Of a stretch of 64,000 nt of DNA, positions 10,107-22,981 are shown piece after piece. The DNA is taken from the NCBI RefSeq assembly GCF_009914755.1, contig NC_060925.1, one strand, 5' to 3'. Under the pieces are notes generated by a model. That model was not told the origin of the DNA. It did no database searches and was given only the letters and a program-made list of their open reading frames with translations. Each line of letters opens with the position of its first letter. Position 1 is the stretch's first letter. This DNA comes from the human T2T-CHM13v2.0 reference genome, Homo sapiens. The translations under genes were made by a program, and so were the position numbers.

Positions 10107-12587
10107 TATGTTTTTCTAGTCTCTGGCATGTGTAGCCTCTCCTGGTCATAGACCAGTCTCTTTGTAAGTTATTGTGGCAGTTCACACAGTAGCCACCAGG
10201 GGTCTCTGTTTCCATTACAAACTTTGTTCTGTCTGGGCCAGAGAACCTAGCCTTTGAAATCTCTCCATCATATGAAACATAACGGGATGGGACAATCCCG
10301 TAACCTGTTTGGGGTTGGGGGCTTTCTCTCTGTGTTCTTTCCATTGATGTGAATTGGTCATTGGTGTTTGCTCTTGCCTCTCCTCCATCCCCTAGAAGTA
10401 CACCCCCGTCTTATTAAGGAGCTTTTAAAGTTTTTCTGAATGTATAGACATTTCTCGGGTTCCTACCTTTGTCTCTGATGGACCATTTTCCATTTAAGAC
10501 ATTTTCCTGTATAAGACAGTTTTATAGCTGGTTCCTTTTAGGGTAAAGAGTCTTAAGAGAGTTTTATTGTGTCTATGGCAGGTTTGGGAAAGGTAAGAAA
10601 TGGGTCCTTTTTCCTCCTAATGTTTTTGGCACTTAAAACATAAAATTCATTATCCTATTAAAAAATTAAATTCAGCTTTGCTAATCCAGAAATTGTTCCC
10701 AAATGAAAACTTGTTTTAAGTCCACCCCTTAGTTTCCTTATTTTACAAGGTCTCTCTTCAGGGACCAACAGGGGCTTAGAGAGCCTTAGTTAGATTAAAG
10801 GGAGACCCTACCTCTTAAAACCAGTTTTCATTTATGCAAACAAGGACAATTAAGGGAACCCTGACCCCACAGGCTCTCAAGTCTTCCCAAGGCCAGAATC
10901 GAAAGAAAATTAAAATTTGAATGCTGAATATTCTGGCTCTACTCTGGCCTTTTTTCTGGTTCCCTTCCAAAATGCACAAATCATACCCTTGTCTGCTCCA
11001 ATTCAGTCTCCAAACCTGGTGCCTGTGCTCCTGGCCCCCCTAGCATCATGCTATCCCAGGAGTATCAGGACCAGACACATCCACAGCCAGGCTCATGGGT
11101 CTCAGACAGCAACTTGAGTTAAAGCTGAAACTCATCCTTCTTCTCTGTGTTTTCTGGTTTAAAAGCTGCACTTATATTTTAGCCTTATTATTTTCTGTAG
11201 TTCCGGAGAGATGGTGGGTTGCCATTCTGGTAGGAAAATCTGAGTTTTCTTATCTTTGACCTAGAAGAGATTCTTTTTGGACCAACCTGCGAAATTGGTA
11301 GTTAGGTCTATGGAAAGTGGTAGGATTTTTTTTTTTTAATCCTGTGCAAAGGAAAAGAGGTGCTTTGTGGGAAATCACTAATGAGAAGGCTAACCTGCAG
11401 CACCAGAGAAACCTTTCCAAGTGCTAGGCAGGAGAACTGAAGAACTCTTTCAGTGAAGTGAGTCAGCCTAGAAGAGGCAACCCACAGTCTTGATTTTTGT
11501 TGCTGTTTCCTGACCTGTTCTTGCCTGTCACCTGGGCCTACACAGGTCCCGAGCCAACGGGGCTTTCATACCCAAGGATCTGTTTCCTTGCTGAAAATGA
11601 AACCCTATCTTTCACTTTACATTCCTTTCAATCCAACTGATCAAAACTGGTACCCACACTTGCCCTTTCTCCCTCTCTCCAGCACACTCCCCTCTAAGAA
11701 AGTAAAAGCAAAGCCTTCTTAATGGCAACACTTTGGGCCTGTTCTGTTGCTCCTGCCTTATTTCTCTTTCAACCCTGTACATGACTCGTGTTCACCATCC
11801 CCTTGATCAGTGTCCATCCGCGCTAATTTGCATCATGAACTGAACAGTGTGTGAGTGGTCACCTACTAAACCCAGCTCTGGGGGCAGAGCTGTCTTCCCC
11901 ATCTCTGGTGCTCCTAACACCTGTGAGATGGTCCTGTCGAGAGGACTAGGAACCGATAGGAGGAGAGTCCTTCTCGGCAGAGCTCACTGCAAACAACTGG
12001 AATTGAGGTTGCACACTGTGATTTTTACACCGAAAAGCCAAAAGGAGCTGGCCATCCAGGGCCTAGGGAGACCAGCCTTCCTCAGCTATGCTTGCCGAAA
12101 CCAGCATGATGCTTCAAAGAGCCCTGCTCCACCCCTCATGGCATGGATCCTTTTCCTGGTGTGGACTCTGAAGGGTCAGTCTTCGGGGAAGAGAGGTGGG
12201 GTGGGGCTACTAGCATCCCAATTTAGAAAATAGAGGAGTTTGTAGCCAGCAGCCTGTAAACTGGAAACACTGGTCTCAGCCAACCTCCTCAGGGCGCCCT
12301 GGCTTCTCCCCAAGGAGATGAGGAGCGGTGATGCCAGCACCGGGATGCGCAGAGCACTGGAAGGGCTGGTGCAGATCTACTTCCCATGCAGAAGAGAAGT
12401 CACATCTTCCAGGGAATCGCAATGTTGTGGCGTCTGACTTGTATGTCACATTTGTGTAAAATGGTATATTCTTTAAAATAGTGTTGATAACTGGAATATT
12501 GTATGTATGCTTGGAGATGCTTTGTGTGAACCTAAGACTGTCACTCAACAGATGTTGGATTGGGGAAAATCCAAAGCACAACTTCAA

Positions 12588-12593
12588 AATAAA
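12588..12593 (+). terminator. SRGAP2 distal polyadenylation signal
   Basis: AATAAA, with TGTA motifs upstream and a T-rich stretch after it. Confidence 0.75.
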
Positions 12594-13924
12594 ATACATT
12601 TTTAGGTTTCGATGCTGCAGTTCATATCCCTTCTGTCCTCTCTGAAATCTCTGATTCAGGACTCCAGCTGCCCAGGAGGGATTTTGATTCGTCTGTGCTA
12701 ACAGAGCCCTGCCTGGCAACAGAGAGAGCAACGAGATGACCTTACAGCCAGCCACCTTCTCCCTCCCCACCAAGGCACAGCACACTTGCATTTAGAATGG
12801 GAGGTTTTTCCCCCAGCATTTCCATTTAGCCTGTGTGTGGATTCTCATAGGTTTTGTAGAGAGTCTTCCCGCTCACCATTGGACTGCCTGTTGCCATGAG
12901 AACCGTTTCCTTCACAGAATCCACCTTCCTTGTTTTCAATAAGGACTGTTCTCATTTCTATCTCTAGTCAGATTTCCTCACTTCAGGGAGTGGGGCCTAA
13001 GAAGTTGCTTAGAAACTTGGCAAGCTACAACCAAGGGTGACTAGAGATTCTCTTTCTTCCACAACCAAAGCCCTGAGTCATTCTGCCCTTGACAGCCCTC
13101 TGCCTCTGGGAGAAAAGCTGACCAATATGCTTGTGCTGTTGGTGGGAGTGGGGGATACAGGTGATGTTTTCTCTCCTACAGATTGTGAGTCTAGCAGAGC
13201 TTAAGTTCAAGGGTGAAGTTATTTCAAGGTAACAACTTCAAACAAATCCTAGAGCCCCTAGGGCCAACACTTATTTTTAACAGGCTTGTTCTAATAAAAG
13301 ATGCCCCTGGGGATGGATCACATCTCTCCAAGTGGGTACCCTGTGTTCAGTGGTAATGCAAGGAATCCTACCCCCAGCTCTAGACAGAACACTTTACAAC
13401 CCCTTCTTAGGTTTATCATCCCTATCCGTTATTCATATATCTTCTATTCAGCTCTGCTATGCCCTTCCAGCCTACTGTCTCTTCCCTTCCCCTGTTTTCA
13501 TGGAACAGCTACATCTTGAGCTTCTCTTGCTGGGCCCTTGGCCTTGGGTAAGTCAAGGCCAAGGCTGCTGTGCCACTCTGTGGTAGGAATGAGTTCTCCC
13601 TGACTGCAGGGAGAATGGGGATGGCCAGGAGCACCCCATAATAGCTGCGACATGGAGCCAGTTTGTAGGCTGTGAGCAGGGGACCAAAGAGCCCCTTTTC
13701 AGAGGGTCCTGAGGCAAAGGCAGGCTATGCTTTTTAGGTCCTCTTTATCCATATATGGTTCTTTTTATCTCATATGTCCTGATGGGGGCTGGATGGAAAC
13801 TAGTGGCAATGAACACTGTCAAAACACAAGTCCATTCCTTCCAGATAGAAACCAAAAATGGAGACCAGATGTATGTGAATTTAGGAAACAGTCTTTTAAG
13901 ACTATCTAACCTAAATGTTTATAT

Positions 13925-14120
13925 CAAACTTGTCCAACCCGCAGCCCAGGATGGCTTTGAATGTGGCCCAACACAAATTCATAAACTTTCTTAAAATATT
14001 GAGTTTTTTTGCAATTTTTTTTTAGTTCATCAGCTATCATTAGTGTTAGTGTATTTTATGTGTGGCCCAAGACAATTCTTCCAATGTGGCCCAGAGAAGC
14101 CAAAAGATTGGAATCCCCTG
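13925..14120 (-). mobile_element. MER30 (hAT-Charlie non-autonomous DNA transposon)
   Basis: Matches the recalled MER30 consensus in reverse complement; 8-bp TSD gtttatat/atttatat; the GC-rich subterminal hairpin is deleted. Confidence 0.85.
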
Positions 14121-14169
14121 ATTTATATTCATAGGTATATGACGTTTCCTTTTACTCAGGAGTTAGCAA

Positions 14170-15540
14170 CCTTGGCATATTATATATACTAAAGACAGTC
14201 ATTTAGTCAATCAACATTAAGCTTCTCTCTGTACAAGCACTGTCATATGGTACTGAACAGAAAAAAAAAACAGCTAATGGAGCTTTCTAATGAGGAAGGA
14301 CAGATAAAGAAGCAAAATGAGTATTACCCTGAAAATGAAACTAATAAGATAGGAGTTGTTCAGGAAATGAAGTATTCTGCTTGATCTGGCAAGGCTGATA
14401 TGACTGGTAGACATCTAAGTGGAAATATCAGGTAGACCCTTGGATGTATGAATTTGGAGTTCTGGGGGTAGATAATACCTGAAAACGTATTAGGAGCTAT
14501 TACATTATAGATGTATTCAAACAGAGATTCCCAGGAAGAGCGTGGAGATGGAAAAAAGAGAAGGTCCCGATCATTAGAAATGCAGCAGAGGGGGAGGGCG
14601 CAGTGGCTCACACCTATAATCCAGCACTTTGGGAGTCCAAGGCGGTGGATCACCTGAGGTCGAGAATTCGGTACCAGCCTGACCAACATGGAGAAACCCC
14701 GCCTCTACTAAAAATACAAAAAAAAAAAAAAGTATCTGGGCGTGGTGGCACATGCATGTAATCCCAGCTACTCAGGAGGTTGAGGCAGGAGAATCGCTTG
14801 AACTCGGGAGGTGGAGGTTGCAGTGAGCCAAGATCACGCCATTGCCCCCCAGCCTGGGCAACAAGAGTGAAACTGTCTCAAAAAAAAGAAAGAAAAGAAA
14901 AAAAAAAAGAAATGCATCAGAGGAAGGGGGCCAGCAAAGAAGGCAGAATGAGCAAGTGGCAATGAGGTAGATGGCTGGGAAAGCACAGGGTCACAGACAG
15001 CAGGAGAGGACAATGCTTCAACAAAGCAGGGAATCTGCTGTTGAATGCCAATGGGGTAAGGTGAGGCTGGCATAGAAAGGGAATCATTGGACAAGAGCAT
15101 TTTCAGCAGAGGGGGAATGAGTCCAACTGGAGTGGGTTAGGTGGCAAATGGGAAGGGAAGAGGCAGTAACTTGACAACTCGTTGAATGGGGAGCATCGAG
15201 AGACAAGGGTAAGATGGGCAGTGCAGAGGTGCATTTGTTGGTGGGGTGGGCAGGATGCAGTAGAACGGGAAGAATGAATGTGCAGGAGAGGAGAGGGTGA
15301 GCTGCAGGGTACAAGCGGGAGGGTTGGCCATGGCCACTAGAAGAGGCTCAAGAAGAGGCACTTCCTGCTGTCGCGTGGGAGGGAAGGCAGGTGAGTACAG
15401 ACACAGGGCAGGCAGTGGATGTGGGGGAGGAAATGAGGGGGCTCCCTTCTGATTGCTTCTTTTATCTAAGCGAAGTTTAAGGCAAGGTCCTTAGCTGACA
15501 GTGTAGGAGGGAACAGTGCAGAGGAGGTTTGAAGAGTGAA
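14170..15540. mobile_element. Degenerate L2 LINE interrupted by an Alu (boundaries approximate)
   Basis: Purine-rich L2-like segments on both sides of the Alu. Confidence 0.45.
14592..14908 (+). mobile_element. Alu (AluSp-like)
   Basis: 'cctgaccaacatggagaaacccc' and 'gggcaacaagagtgaaact'; TSD agaaatgca(g/t)cagag. Confidence 0.93.
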
Positions 15541-16867
15541 GACAATGAGAGAAACACTTGCTTTTCCTCGAAGAGAGACGACGCTGGCACCGGCGCCGAT
15601 TTCCTTCAGTGGCCTGGATGCTGCCTCACAGCTTGTCCCACTGCTTGGGGCCATAGCAGCAAGATTGGCTGCAGTGTTTGTCCCTCCTTCTGCACTCAAA
15701 GCTCCTAGCCAGAGCTGACCCCTGAAGGTGACAAAGAGCTGGGCTCTGAGACCTCGTCCCTCAGCCCTTTGCCCTTGTGACTGAGCACAGCAAATACGTA
15801 TGGCCTGGCAATGCCCCCCAGCCTCTTCCATATGCACCCCAACCAGCACCCGAGTCCTTTCCCCTCCCCTTTAAGGCACTGGGCCGGTGAGTCAGTTGTG
15901 AAAAACTGGCTCAGGCCCCTTAGAGGTGGAAAAAGAAATTAATATCTTTTCAGAGCAGACCAGGTGCCAGGAGCTTCATCTCATTTTACTTTCAAACCAG
16001 CCCTATGAGAAACGTCGAGTGACGTGCTAGGGTCATCCACAGTAGGTGGTAAAATCTGAACTCAAACCTCCATGGCAATGGAGCTAGCCCCTGCCCTTCT
16101 TACTATACTTTCAGCCTCTTTGTAGAAGTCACATGAGATTTTCTTTCTGACAGCTGCTGTCAAGGGCCGCCCTCTTCCACCTCTGGTCCTTGCACTACCC
16201 TTGGATTGCCACTTCTATTTCTAGGACTCCTCAGAGCCACTTGGGAACACGTGGTGGGGACTCTTACAGACTTCCTCTTCCCTTCTGGAGCCCGCCAGCC
16301 CCCTGCACCTTCTCGGATGCAACCGGCTGTGCTGCCCGGCTGGGGCACAGGCAAGACATTGCTTCACTGTGTCCACACAGAGGATGTGACCTCACAGAGG
16401 ATGCGCAAGGAAACTTGATCTGTCACGGCACATGGCTCCAGGCCACCTCTACCTCTCTCCCTTTTCACAGCCTCAGTCCGGCTCTTCTCATGCTTCTGTG
16501 CCTCTGCACATGTGCCCACAGCCTGGAATTCCATTCCCCCAGCCCCCTCTCCTCTGCCCAACTCCCCTTTTCCTAAAGTCTGGCCAAGCAACCCTTCTGG
16601 AAAGCCCTTCTTGATCACCTTCCTCCCCGCTGCGCGTCTGCCACTCATAGCATCTGCCATGCCATCCTGGACCTCCAGGCTCCTGATGGGATGCCCACCT
16701 TTACGTCCTCAGCACACAGTGCCTGCCTCATAGCAGGTGCTAGACACATGGTAGTTTCCTTTGAATGTGCTAAATATGCTGGGAAAGAGATTGACGGAGA
16801 GAGGAAAGTAAGAGTGCTGGTGAGGACCCAGCAGGTTCATCAGGGAAAAAAGTGGGTAAACATTACG

Positions 16868-17135
16868 GATTGTCTAAGTTATGTAGCAAACCTCGGTGCC
16901 CTAAAGCAACAAAGGCTGATTTCTCACCAAAGCCAATGTCCCTTGTGGACCAGCAGGGGAACTCTGCTCAGGACAGTCACTCAAGGACCCAGACTAACAG
17001 AATCACACTGCCAGAAAGCAGAGTTCTGGGAGGGTCTTGCATCAGGAAATAAATGCTTTGGTGGGGAACTCACATGCTCCCCCTATCACAAAGTAACTAG
17101 GATGTGCAGTTCTCCCATGTGCCAGGCAGGCAGAA
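16868..17135. mobile_element. MLT1-like MaLR LTR fragment
   Basis: Resembles old MLT1 LTRs ('aaagcaacaaaggctgatttctcac', 'gtcactcaaggacccagact'). Confidence 0.45.
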
Positions 17136-17149
17136 ACCTGGGAAGACTA

Positions 17150-17601
17150 GGCTGGGTGCAGTGGCTCACGCCTGTAATCCCGGCACTTTGGGAGACTGAG
17201 GCAGGTGGATCAGGAGGTTGGGAGATCTAGACCAACCTGCTCAATCCACCTCACCAACCACACAGTGAAACCCCATCTCTACTAAAAATACAAAAAATTA
17301 GCCACTGGCTCACGCCTGTAATCCCGGCACTTTGGGAGGCTGAGGCAGGTGGATCAGGAGGTTGGGAGATCAAGACCAACCTGTTCAATCCACCTCACCA
17401 ACCACACAGTGAAACCCCATCTCTACTAAAAATACAAAAAGTTAGCCGGGCATGGTGGTGCATGCCTGTAGTCCCAGATACTTGGGAGGCTGAGGCAGAA
17501 GAATCACTTGAACCCAGGAGGTGGAGGTTGCAGTGAGCTAACATCATGCCACTGCTCTCCAGCCTGGGTGACAGAGTGAGACTCCATCTCAAAAAAAAAA
17601 A
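17150..17601 (+). mobile_element. Trimeric Alu (left arm duplicated in tandem)
   Basis: 144-nt period duplication 17162-17303 / 17306-17447; a single TSD pair ctgggaagact. Confidence 0.92.
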
Positions 17602-17815
17602 GCAAGCTGGGAAGACTGGGTGGAACATGAGGATCTCAGGCACTCAGGCACATTCCTCCTGGTCCTGATGTGAGAAGTTGCAGCAACTCCTCCAGCTGGA
17701 GGTGTTATGGGGAGTTCTCTTTATCTGAGCACTAGGCAGTTCTCAGCTCTGCTCCTGTTCTAGTGTCACTGTGGGAGGGGTGGGGCTGGCGGAGGAAACC
17801 ACCAGGTGTGGCCAT

Positions 17816-17856
17816 GGGAAAGTCCCTCCAACATTCTATAGAAACATGGAATTTCC
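17816..17856. promoter_or_regulatory. Pair of NF-kB sites ~0.8 kb upstream of IKBKE
   Basis: GGGAAAGTCCC (GGGACTTTCCC on the - strand) and TGGAATTTCC. Confidence 0.6.
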
Positions 17857-18589
17857 TGGTTTTAACCATTTCATATCCAACTGCCATCTCTGAGCTGACC
17901 AGAGCAGGACAGACCCCTCCAGCCTCCTAGGACATTTGATGCGGGGCATCGAGTCCTGGCTGGGAAGTTGGCACCTGGGTGCCAGCCCCAGCAGTCTCTG
18001 AAGAGCATGGGTAAATTACTGAAGTGTGTGGGCCTCCATGCCTTCAATGCCTTTCTGTAAAATGCTTTCCAAGCTCCCAAACAATTCCAAATATATCCAT
18101 GTCATCCAATCAACCCACAGAGTAGCTGTTACTCTGCGGGTGAGTGAGCTGGCTGGGAGGGGCTGCATGCTGTGTGCTCAGGTCACACTGGAAGGCATCA
18201 GCTGGGTCCCCGCGCTTGCTCTCGGACCTCTGCAGGCCTCCTGGGAAGGTGACTCAGATCCAACTTCTAGGACTGGATCGGCATAGCTCCCACACTTCCT
18301 TGGGGTTCCTGGGTGTGGGAGCATGGACTTCCCAGGCAGCTTTCCACTTAGTTAACTTGCCCAACCTGCTCTGTTGACTCTGGGAAGAGCCCTGAACTTC
18401 CCTGCTCCAGTGAACTGTGGGAGATGCCAAAACAGCACCCAGCTGCCCATCAAGATTACCAGAAGGGCCCCAGTTCCTGGCTTCTCTGTGGCTCACACTC
18501 TGGTCCTATTGCCTACCCTTGGGAACTCAGAGCATCCTCTTTCTCTTTTCTGCTGAGCTGGTGGCTGCACCGAGTTGCCTCTGTCTCTT

Positions 18590-18640
18590 TAAGAGAGAAA
18601 GAGAGAGCGAGAGACGGAAATCAGGAAGTGCGAGAGAGCT
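18590..18640 (+). promoter_or_regulatory. IKBKE: IKBKE core promoter, TATA-less, tandem ETS motifs
   Basis: GA-rich run, CGGAAA and CAGGAAGTG (18622-18630) just before exon 1. Confidence 0.6.
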
Positions 18641-18877
18641 GAGAGCCAGGACTCAGTGCTGAGCTTGGTGTCCCACCGCCACAAGGAGGCAGGGAAGAAA
18701 CCCACTAGTCCCAGCTCCTGGGGTGGCACAGACATTGCAACTGGCCCTGCCTGTGGGTCCTAGGGGCCCTTGGCTACCAGGAGGCTAAGAACACTGCTCA
18801 TGAATGACAGTGAGCCCTGAAAGCTCTGGGGGTGTCACCCAGTCCCACAAGCCTGCATCCCCTGCAGTGGAGATGGG
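18632..18877 (+). other. IKBKE: IKBKE exon 1 (5'UTR; start approximate)
   Basis: GGG|gtgagt donor; matches the recalled mRNA leader. Confidence 0.8.
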
Positions 18878-19334
18878 GTGAGTGTGCAGCGTGTGGAGGG
18901 GGGTGGGGGTGGAATGAGGGGCCAGACAAGGGGCAGCTGCAGGGCAGCTCAGCCGGGTGCAGGGGTGTGGGCTTGTTGGCAGCGGTGCTCTCACATAGAG
19001 CGTTGTGTGTGGCATGGAGGTGAGCCACCACGGGCCAACCACAAGCCCTCCCTGGGCTCTGCTTACCAACACCCAAAGCCAGCGATCAGCACCCAGCGCC
19101 TGCCCTCACCTTTCCCGGGGTCTTTCTCCCTGGCCGGAGTCTCAGGAGTAGGAGACGCTGGGAAAGGCTCCCTGAACAGTTTGGGAATAGAGCTGGAAAC
19201 CCCCAGCCCAGCCCTGTGGGGGAAGGTGACAAACAGGAAAGGGTTAAAGGGCTAGGGCCGGCGGCCTTTGATGGAGGCTGAGAAGCAACTGCACTGAGGG
19301 GCGCCTCTCATCCGCCCTCCTCTTTCCGGTGTAG

Positions 19335-19424
19335 CTCAGCTCCTGGACGTGCCACAGACAGAAAGCATAACATACACTCGCCAGGAAGAGCCTTTGCCTG
19401 ACTCAGGGCAGCTCAGAGTGTGGG
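19335..19424 (+). other. IKBKE: IKBKE exon 2 (5'UTR, 90 nt)
   Basis: gtgtag| acceptor and GGG|gtaagt donor. Confidence 0.85.
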
Positions 19425-20142
19425 GTAAGTGCACTTGGCCACAGCAGAGCCCTGAGGAGGGAGGGGAGGGGAGAGGTGGGTGGGTGGTGTCTCACATGCT
19501 TCACTGTCCACTGCTCATTCATCCAACCACTGGCTGAGGGCCACTGAGCCCTTCTTTGCACCAGGTGCTTGGGGTGGTGGGGGGAGGATCTGCAGAGCGT
19601 GCAGAGTTAAGCCAGATGTGCCACAACCAGAGCTCCCGGGCACAGAATCCAGGGGCACACCGCTTGTCTGGGGGTCTGCGCTTTGCACCTCACTGCCTAT
19701 TATCCCAGAGTCCTGAGCTGTTCCTTGCCCCAGTATCAGAGCCCTTGGCCTTGATTTCAGCCTGCTGTGCTCCAACCCCAGCCCCAGCCCCCAGACCTGC
19801 TGGCTGCCTCCAGCCTCAGCGGGGAAAACCAGACCCACTCATTCATGCTGAGCTACTGTGTTGTCTTCAGGAAGCCTCTCAGTACCTCAGTTGCTTCTGT
19901 GTAATGTCCGCTCCTACCTGATCTGAAACTAGGAGTTGACCACCGATCTCTTCAAGGGGCCTCTGGCTCAATGAAATGACATTATCAAGGATTTGCATTT
20001 TTAAAAAAGATTACACAGAGAAAAAGTTCAGAGCGAAGGAACATAGGATTCCAGGCATGGCAACCCTCAGTTTGAGAACCTGTAAGATGTTAGAACACGA
20101 AGATGCCTTTTCTAGTCTAGCGTTATTTAAAAGTATTTAAGT

Positions 20143-20459
20143 GGCCAGGCATGGTGGCTCACACCTGTAATCCCAGCAATTTTTTGGGGAAGCCCATGTG
20201 GCCGGATTGCCTGAGCTCAGGAGTTCAAGACCAGCCTGGGCAACATGGCAAAAACCCATCTCTACTAAAAATACAAAAGACAGCCAGGTGTGGTGGTGCA
20301 CACCTATGGTCCTAAGCTCCTCAGGAGGCTGAGTTGGGAGGATTGCTTGAGCCCAGGGGGTGGAGGTTGCAGTGAGTCATGATTGTACCACTGCACCCCA
20401 GCCTGGATGACAGAGTGAGACCTTACGTCAAAATAAAAAAAAGAAAAAGGAAAAAGAAA
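20143..20459 (+). mobile_element. Alu (J/S type)
   Basis: Dimeric Alu; TSD aaagtatttaa. Confidence 0.92.
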
Positions 20460-20706
20460 GTATTTAAAGGATGGTGGCCCTTCTAATGCTTCTGTCCCCA
20501 GGTATCCCAAAAAGGCCAGCACTGGCCTTATTTTTCAAAGAGAAATTGAGTTTAACTTCTGAGGATACACTTTCTGGTACTAATTGCTTTAGGAGAACTA
20601 GGCTTTGGGGAAAAGATGAGGACAAAGATGGGAAACAGAGTTGTAGGGGGTTTCAGATTCTCCCAATGGCTGAATGATGAATTTTGCCTCCCCTATACCC
20701 TGCTCT

Positions 20707-20791
20707 CACACACACACCCACACCCTTCTCCCCAACGCCCTACACACATACACACACACACACTCTCTCACACACACACACACACACACAC
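20707..20791. repeat. Interrupted (CA)n
   Basis: Read directly from sequence. Confidence 0.85.
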
Positions 20792-21406
20792 TCTGAAGCA
20801 GCCCCATCTCTCTTGGAGCAGTACTGGCCCGGCTGTCAGCTCACAGCAGCAGGAAGTGGTGGGCCTGGCAGGCAGGCCAGCGGGGGCTGGGGGAGTGGCT
20901 CTGGACTCATGTTGCAATCCTGGAGATTTGTGGTGGTGTGGGAGATGCTCCCTGACCCTGGGCCCTTCCTCCTATACTGTTTCTGTTTCCTGGGACAATC
21001 TCAAGCCTGGATGCCAAAACCCCAGAATCTTCAGTGCTGGGGAGAGGTGGTAGAGACAAGAGGTTTGTCTCTGCAGAATGACCTGCCTCAGGAGGGGCTT
21101 CAAGGGAACTTGGGGAGCCAGGACAGGCAGCAGGTGGAACAGGTGCTGGCTGTGGGCTGAGGGCTCAGTGGGGGCCCTCTTGTTGTGCTGTGCGTCCTTT
21201 TGGGGAAGTTACTTAACCTTTCTGTGCTTCACACTTCCCCCGCTCCCTTGCTTGTGGAATGGACACATGGAGCCCTTCTTAGGGTAGCCTTGGGGCACAG
21301 TTACAGGTCAGGCCACCAGCGGCCACCCTGTGCCAGGAATGGAATCCTGGGCCCCCAGCATGCTCTTTCTCTAGGCAGAAGGTGACCAGCCAGCTCAGGG
21401 CAGGAG

Positions 21407-21493
21407 ATGCAGAGCACAGCCAATTACCTGTGGCACACAGATGACCTGCTGGGGCAGGGGGCCACTGCCAGTGTGTACAAGGCCCGCAACAAG
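21407..21493 (+). CDS. IKBKE: IKBKE exon 3 coding part (MQSTANYLWHTDDLLGQGATASVYKARNK); the exon starts at 21375
   Basis: Start codon; kinase Gly-rich loop GQGATA; AAG|gtagga donor. Confidence 0.97.
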
Positions 21494-21860
21494 GTAGGAA
21501 GCAACCCTGGCCAGGCCCTGTCCAGCCCAGCCTTGGCCCCCTCATGCCTCAGAAGCTGGCCCAGTCAGCCCCCAGTGGGCATTGAGGGTGGTGGGACAGG
21601 GACCTCTGGATGTTGTGTAGCACACTCATACTGTGGGTTTGAGCAGAGGCATAGGGAGCTGAAAACGGCTCCTTGAGAGGATGCCTCTGTCGGGCACGAG
21701 TTGGAGCAAGAGAACTGTGAAGTAACAAGGCAAACATCCGAGGAAGGTAACAGCAAATGGAATCTAGGAATAGCAGAGTGGGGAATTAGGCCTTGTTTGG
21801 ATTTATCCTGCGAGAATGTATGAGATGATATCCACTCTGTCTTATTCAAGAGTGGTAGCC

Positions 21861-22163
21861 GGCCGGGCACGGTGGCTTATGCCTGTAATCCCAGCACTTT
21901 GGGAGGCCGAGGTGGGCAGATCACGAGGTCAGGAGATCGAGACCATCCTGGTCAAGATGGTGAAACCCTGTCTCTACTAAAAATACAAAAATTAGCTGGG
22001 CATGGTGGCGTGCACCTGTAATCCCAGCTACTCAGGAGGCTGAGGCAGAGAATCGCTTGAACCTGGGAGGCAGAGGTTGCAGTGAGCTGAGATCTTGACA
22101 CTGCACTCCAGCCTGGGTGACAGAGCGAGGCTCCGTCTCAAAAAAAAAAAAAAAAAAAAAAAA
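21861..22163 (+). mobile_element. Alu (S type)
   Basis: Dimeric Alu with A tail. Confidence 0.95.
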
Positions 22164-22509
22164 GAATTGGAGCCATACAGACCAGGTTCCAATCCCTTCC
22201 CTGCTGCTAACCCCAGGGAGTGTTAGCTGCCCTGTGATGATTGTCAATAGCAATTGTAATAATGACAACAAGCCATCCCCTGCAGGAGATCAGAGTGTCA
22301 GGATCTTGTCACCTCCCAGTGCTGGACTCTCTACCCCTTGAGAGGGAAAGGCGGTGCGGATGGGAGCCCCCATCCAACCAGGCTAATCTCTGGGGTTGGG
22401 CTGGCCGGAGAGGCTGAATGGAGGCCCAGGAGAGGGTGGCTGCTCCCCTGTGGGAGTGGGACATGTGCTAATCCCATGCTGTCTCCCACTGCTCCCTCCC
22501 CAATGGCAG

Positions 22510-22650
22510 AAATCCGGAGAGCTGGTTGCTGTGAAGGTCTTCAACACTACCAGCTACCTGCGGCCCCGCGAGGTGCAGGTGAGGGAGTTTGAGGTCCTGC
22601 GGAAGCTGAACCACCAGAACATCGTCAAGCTCTTTGCGGTGGAGGAGACG
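22510..22650 (+). CDS. IKBKE: IKBKE exon 4 ([11 protein letters not shown]...FAVEET)
   Basis: VAVK catalytic lysine; ag/gt boundaries; 141 nt. Confidence 0.97.
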
Positions 22651-22981
22651 GTAGGTCCGGTGCTTGGTCAGAGAATGGTCTTGTCCTTGACCCTTATGGT
22701 CTGGGGAGAATCAGGCCACATGATAACAGAGATTTGGTCCCATGCTCATCAGCAGGTCAGAGACAGCAGGCAAATTGCAGAAGGGAGCAAAGGGGGCAAG
22801 GGGGTGGGGGCGGTGCACTGGAAAGGAACGATGGACAGAATCAGTACCTAAGCAGAGGGCTTCCTGGAATAACTGACTTTGGATTCCAGTGTGCGGGATC
22901 AGTGTGAGGCCAAGGAGGGAAGGCCAGGCCAGAAGCTGGGACCTGGAGAATGGGGGCTCTGGGCTCCAGGCTGAGCCACTT

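Larger units (their letters stand above)
9604..12615 (+). other. SRGAP2: SRGAP2 3'UTR (~3 kb; end approximate)
   Basis: Repeat-poor sequence from the stop codon to AATAAA at 12588-12593. Confidence 0.8.
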
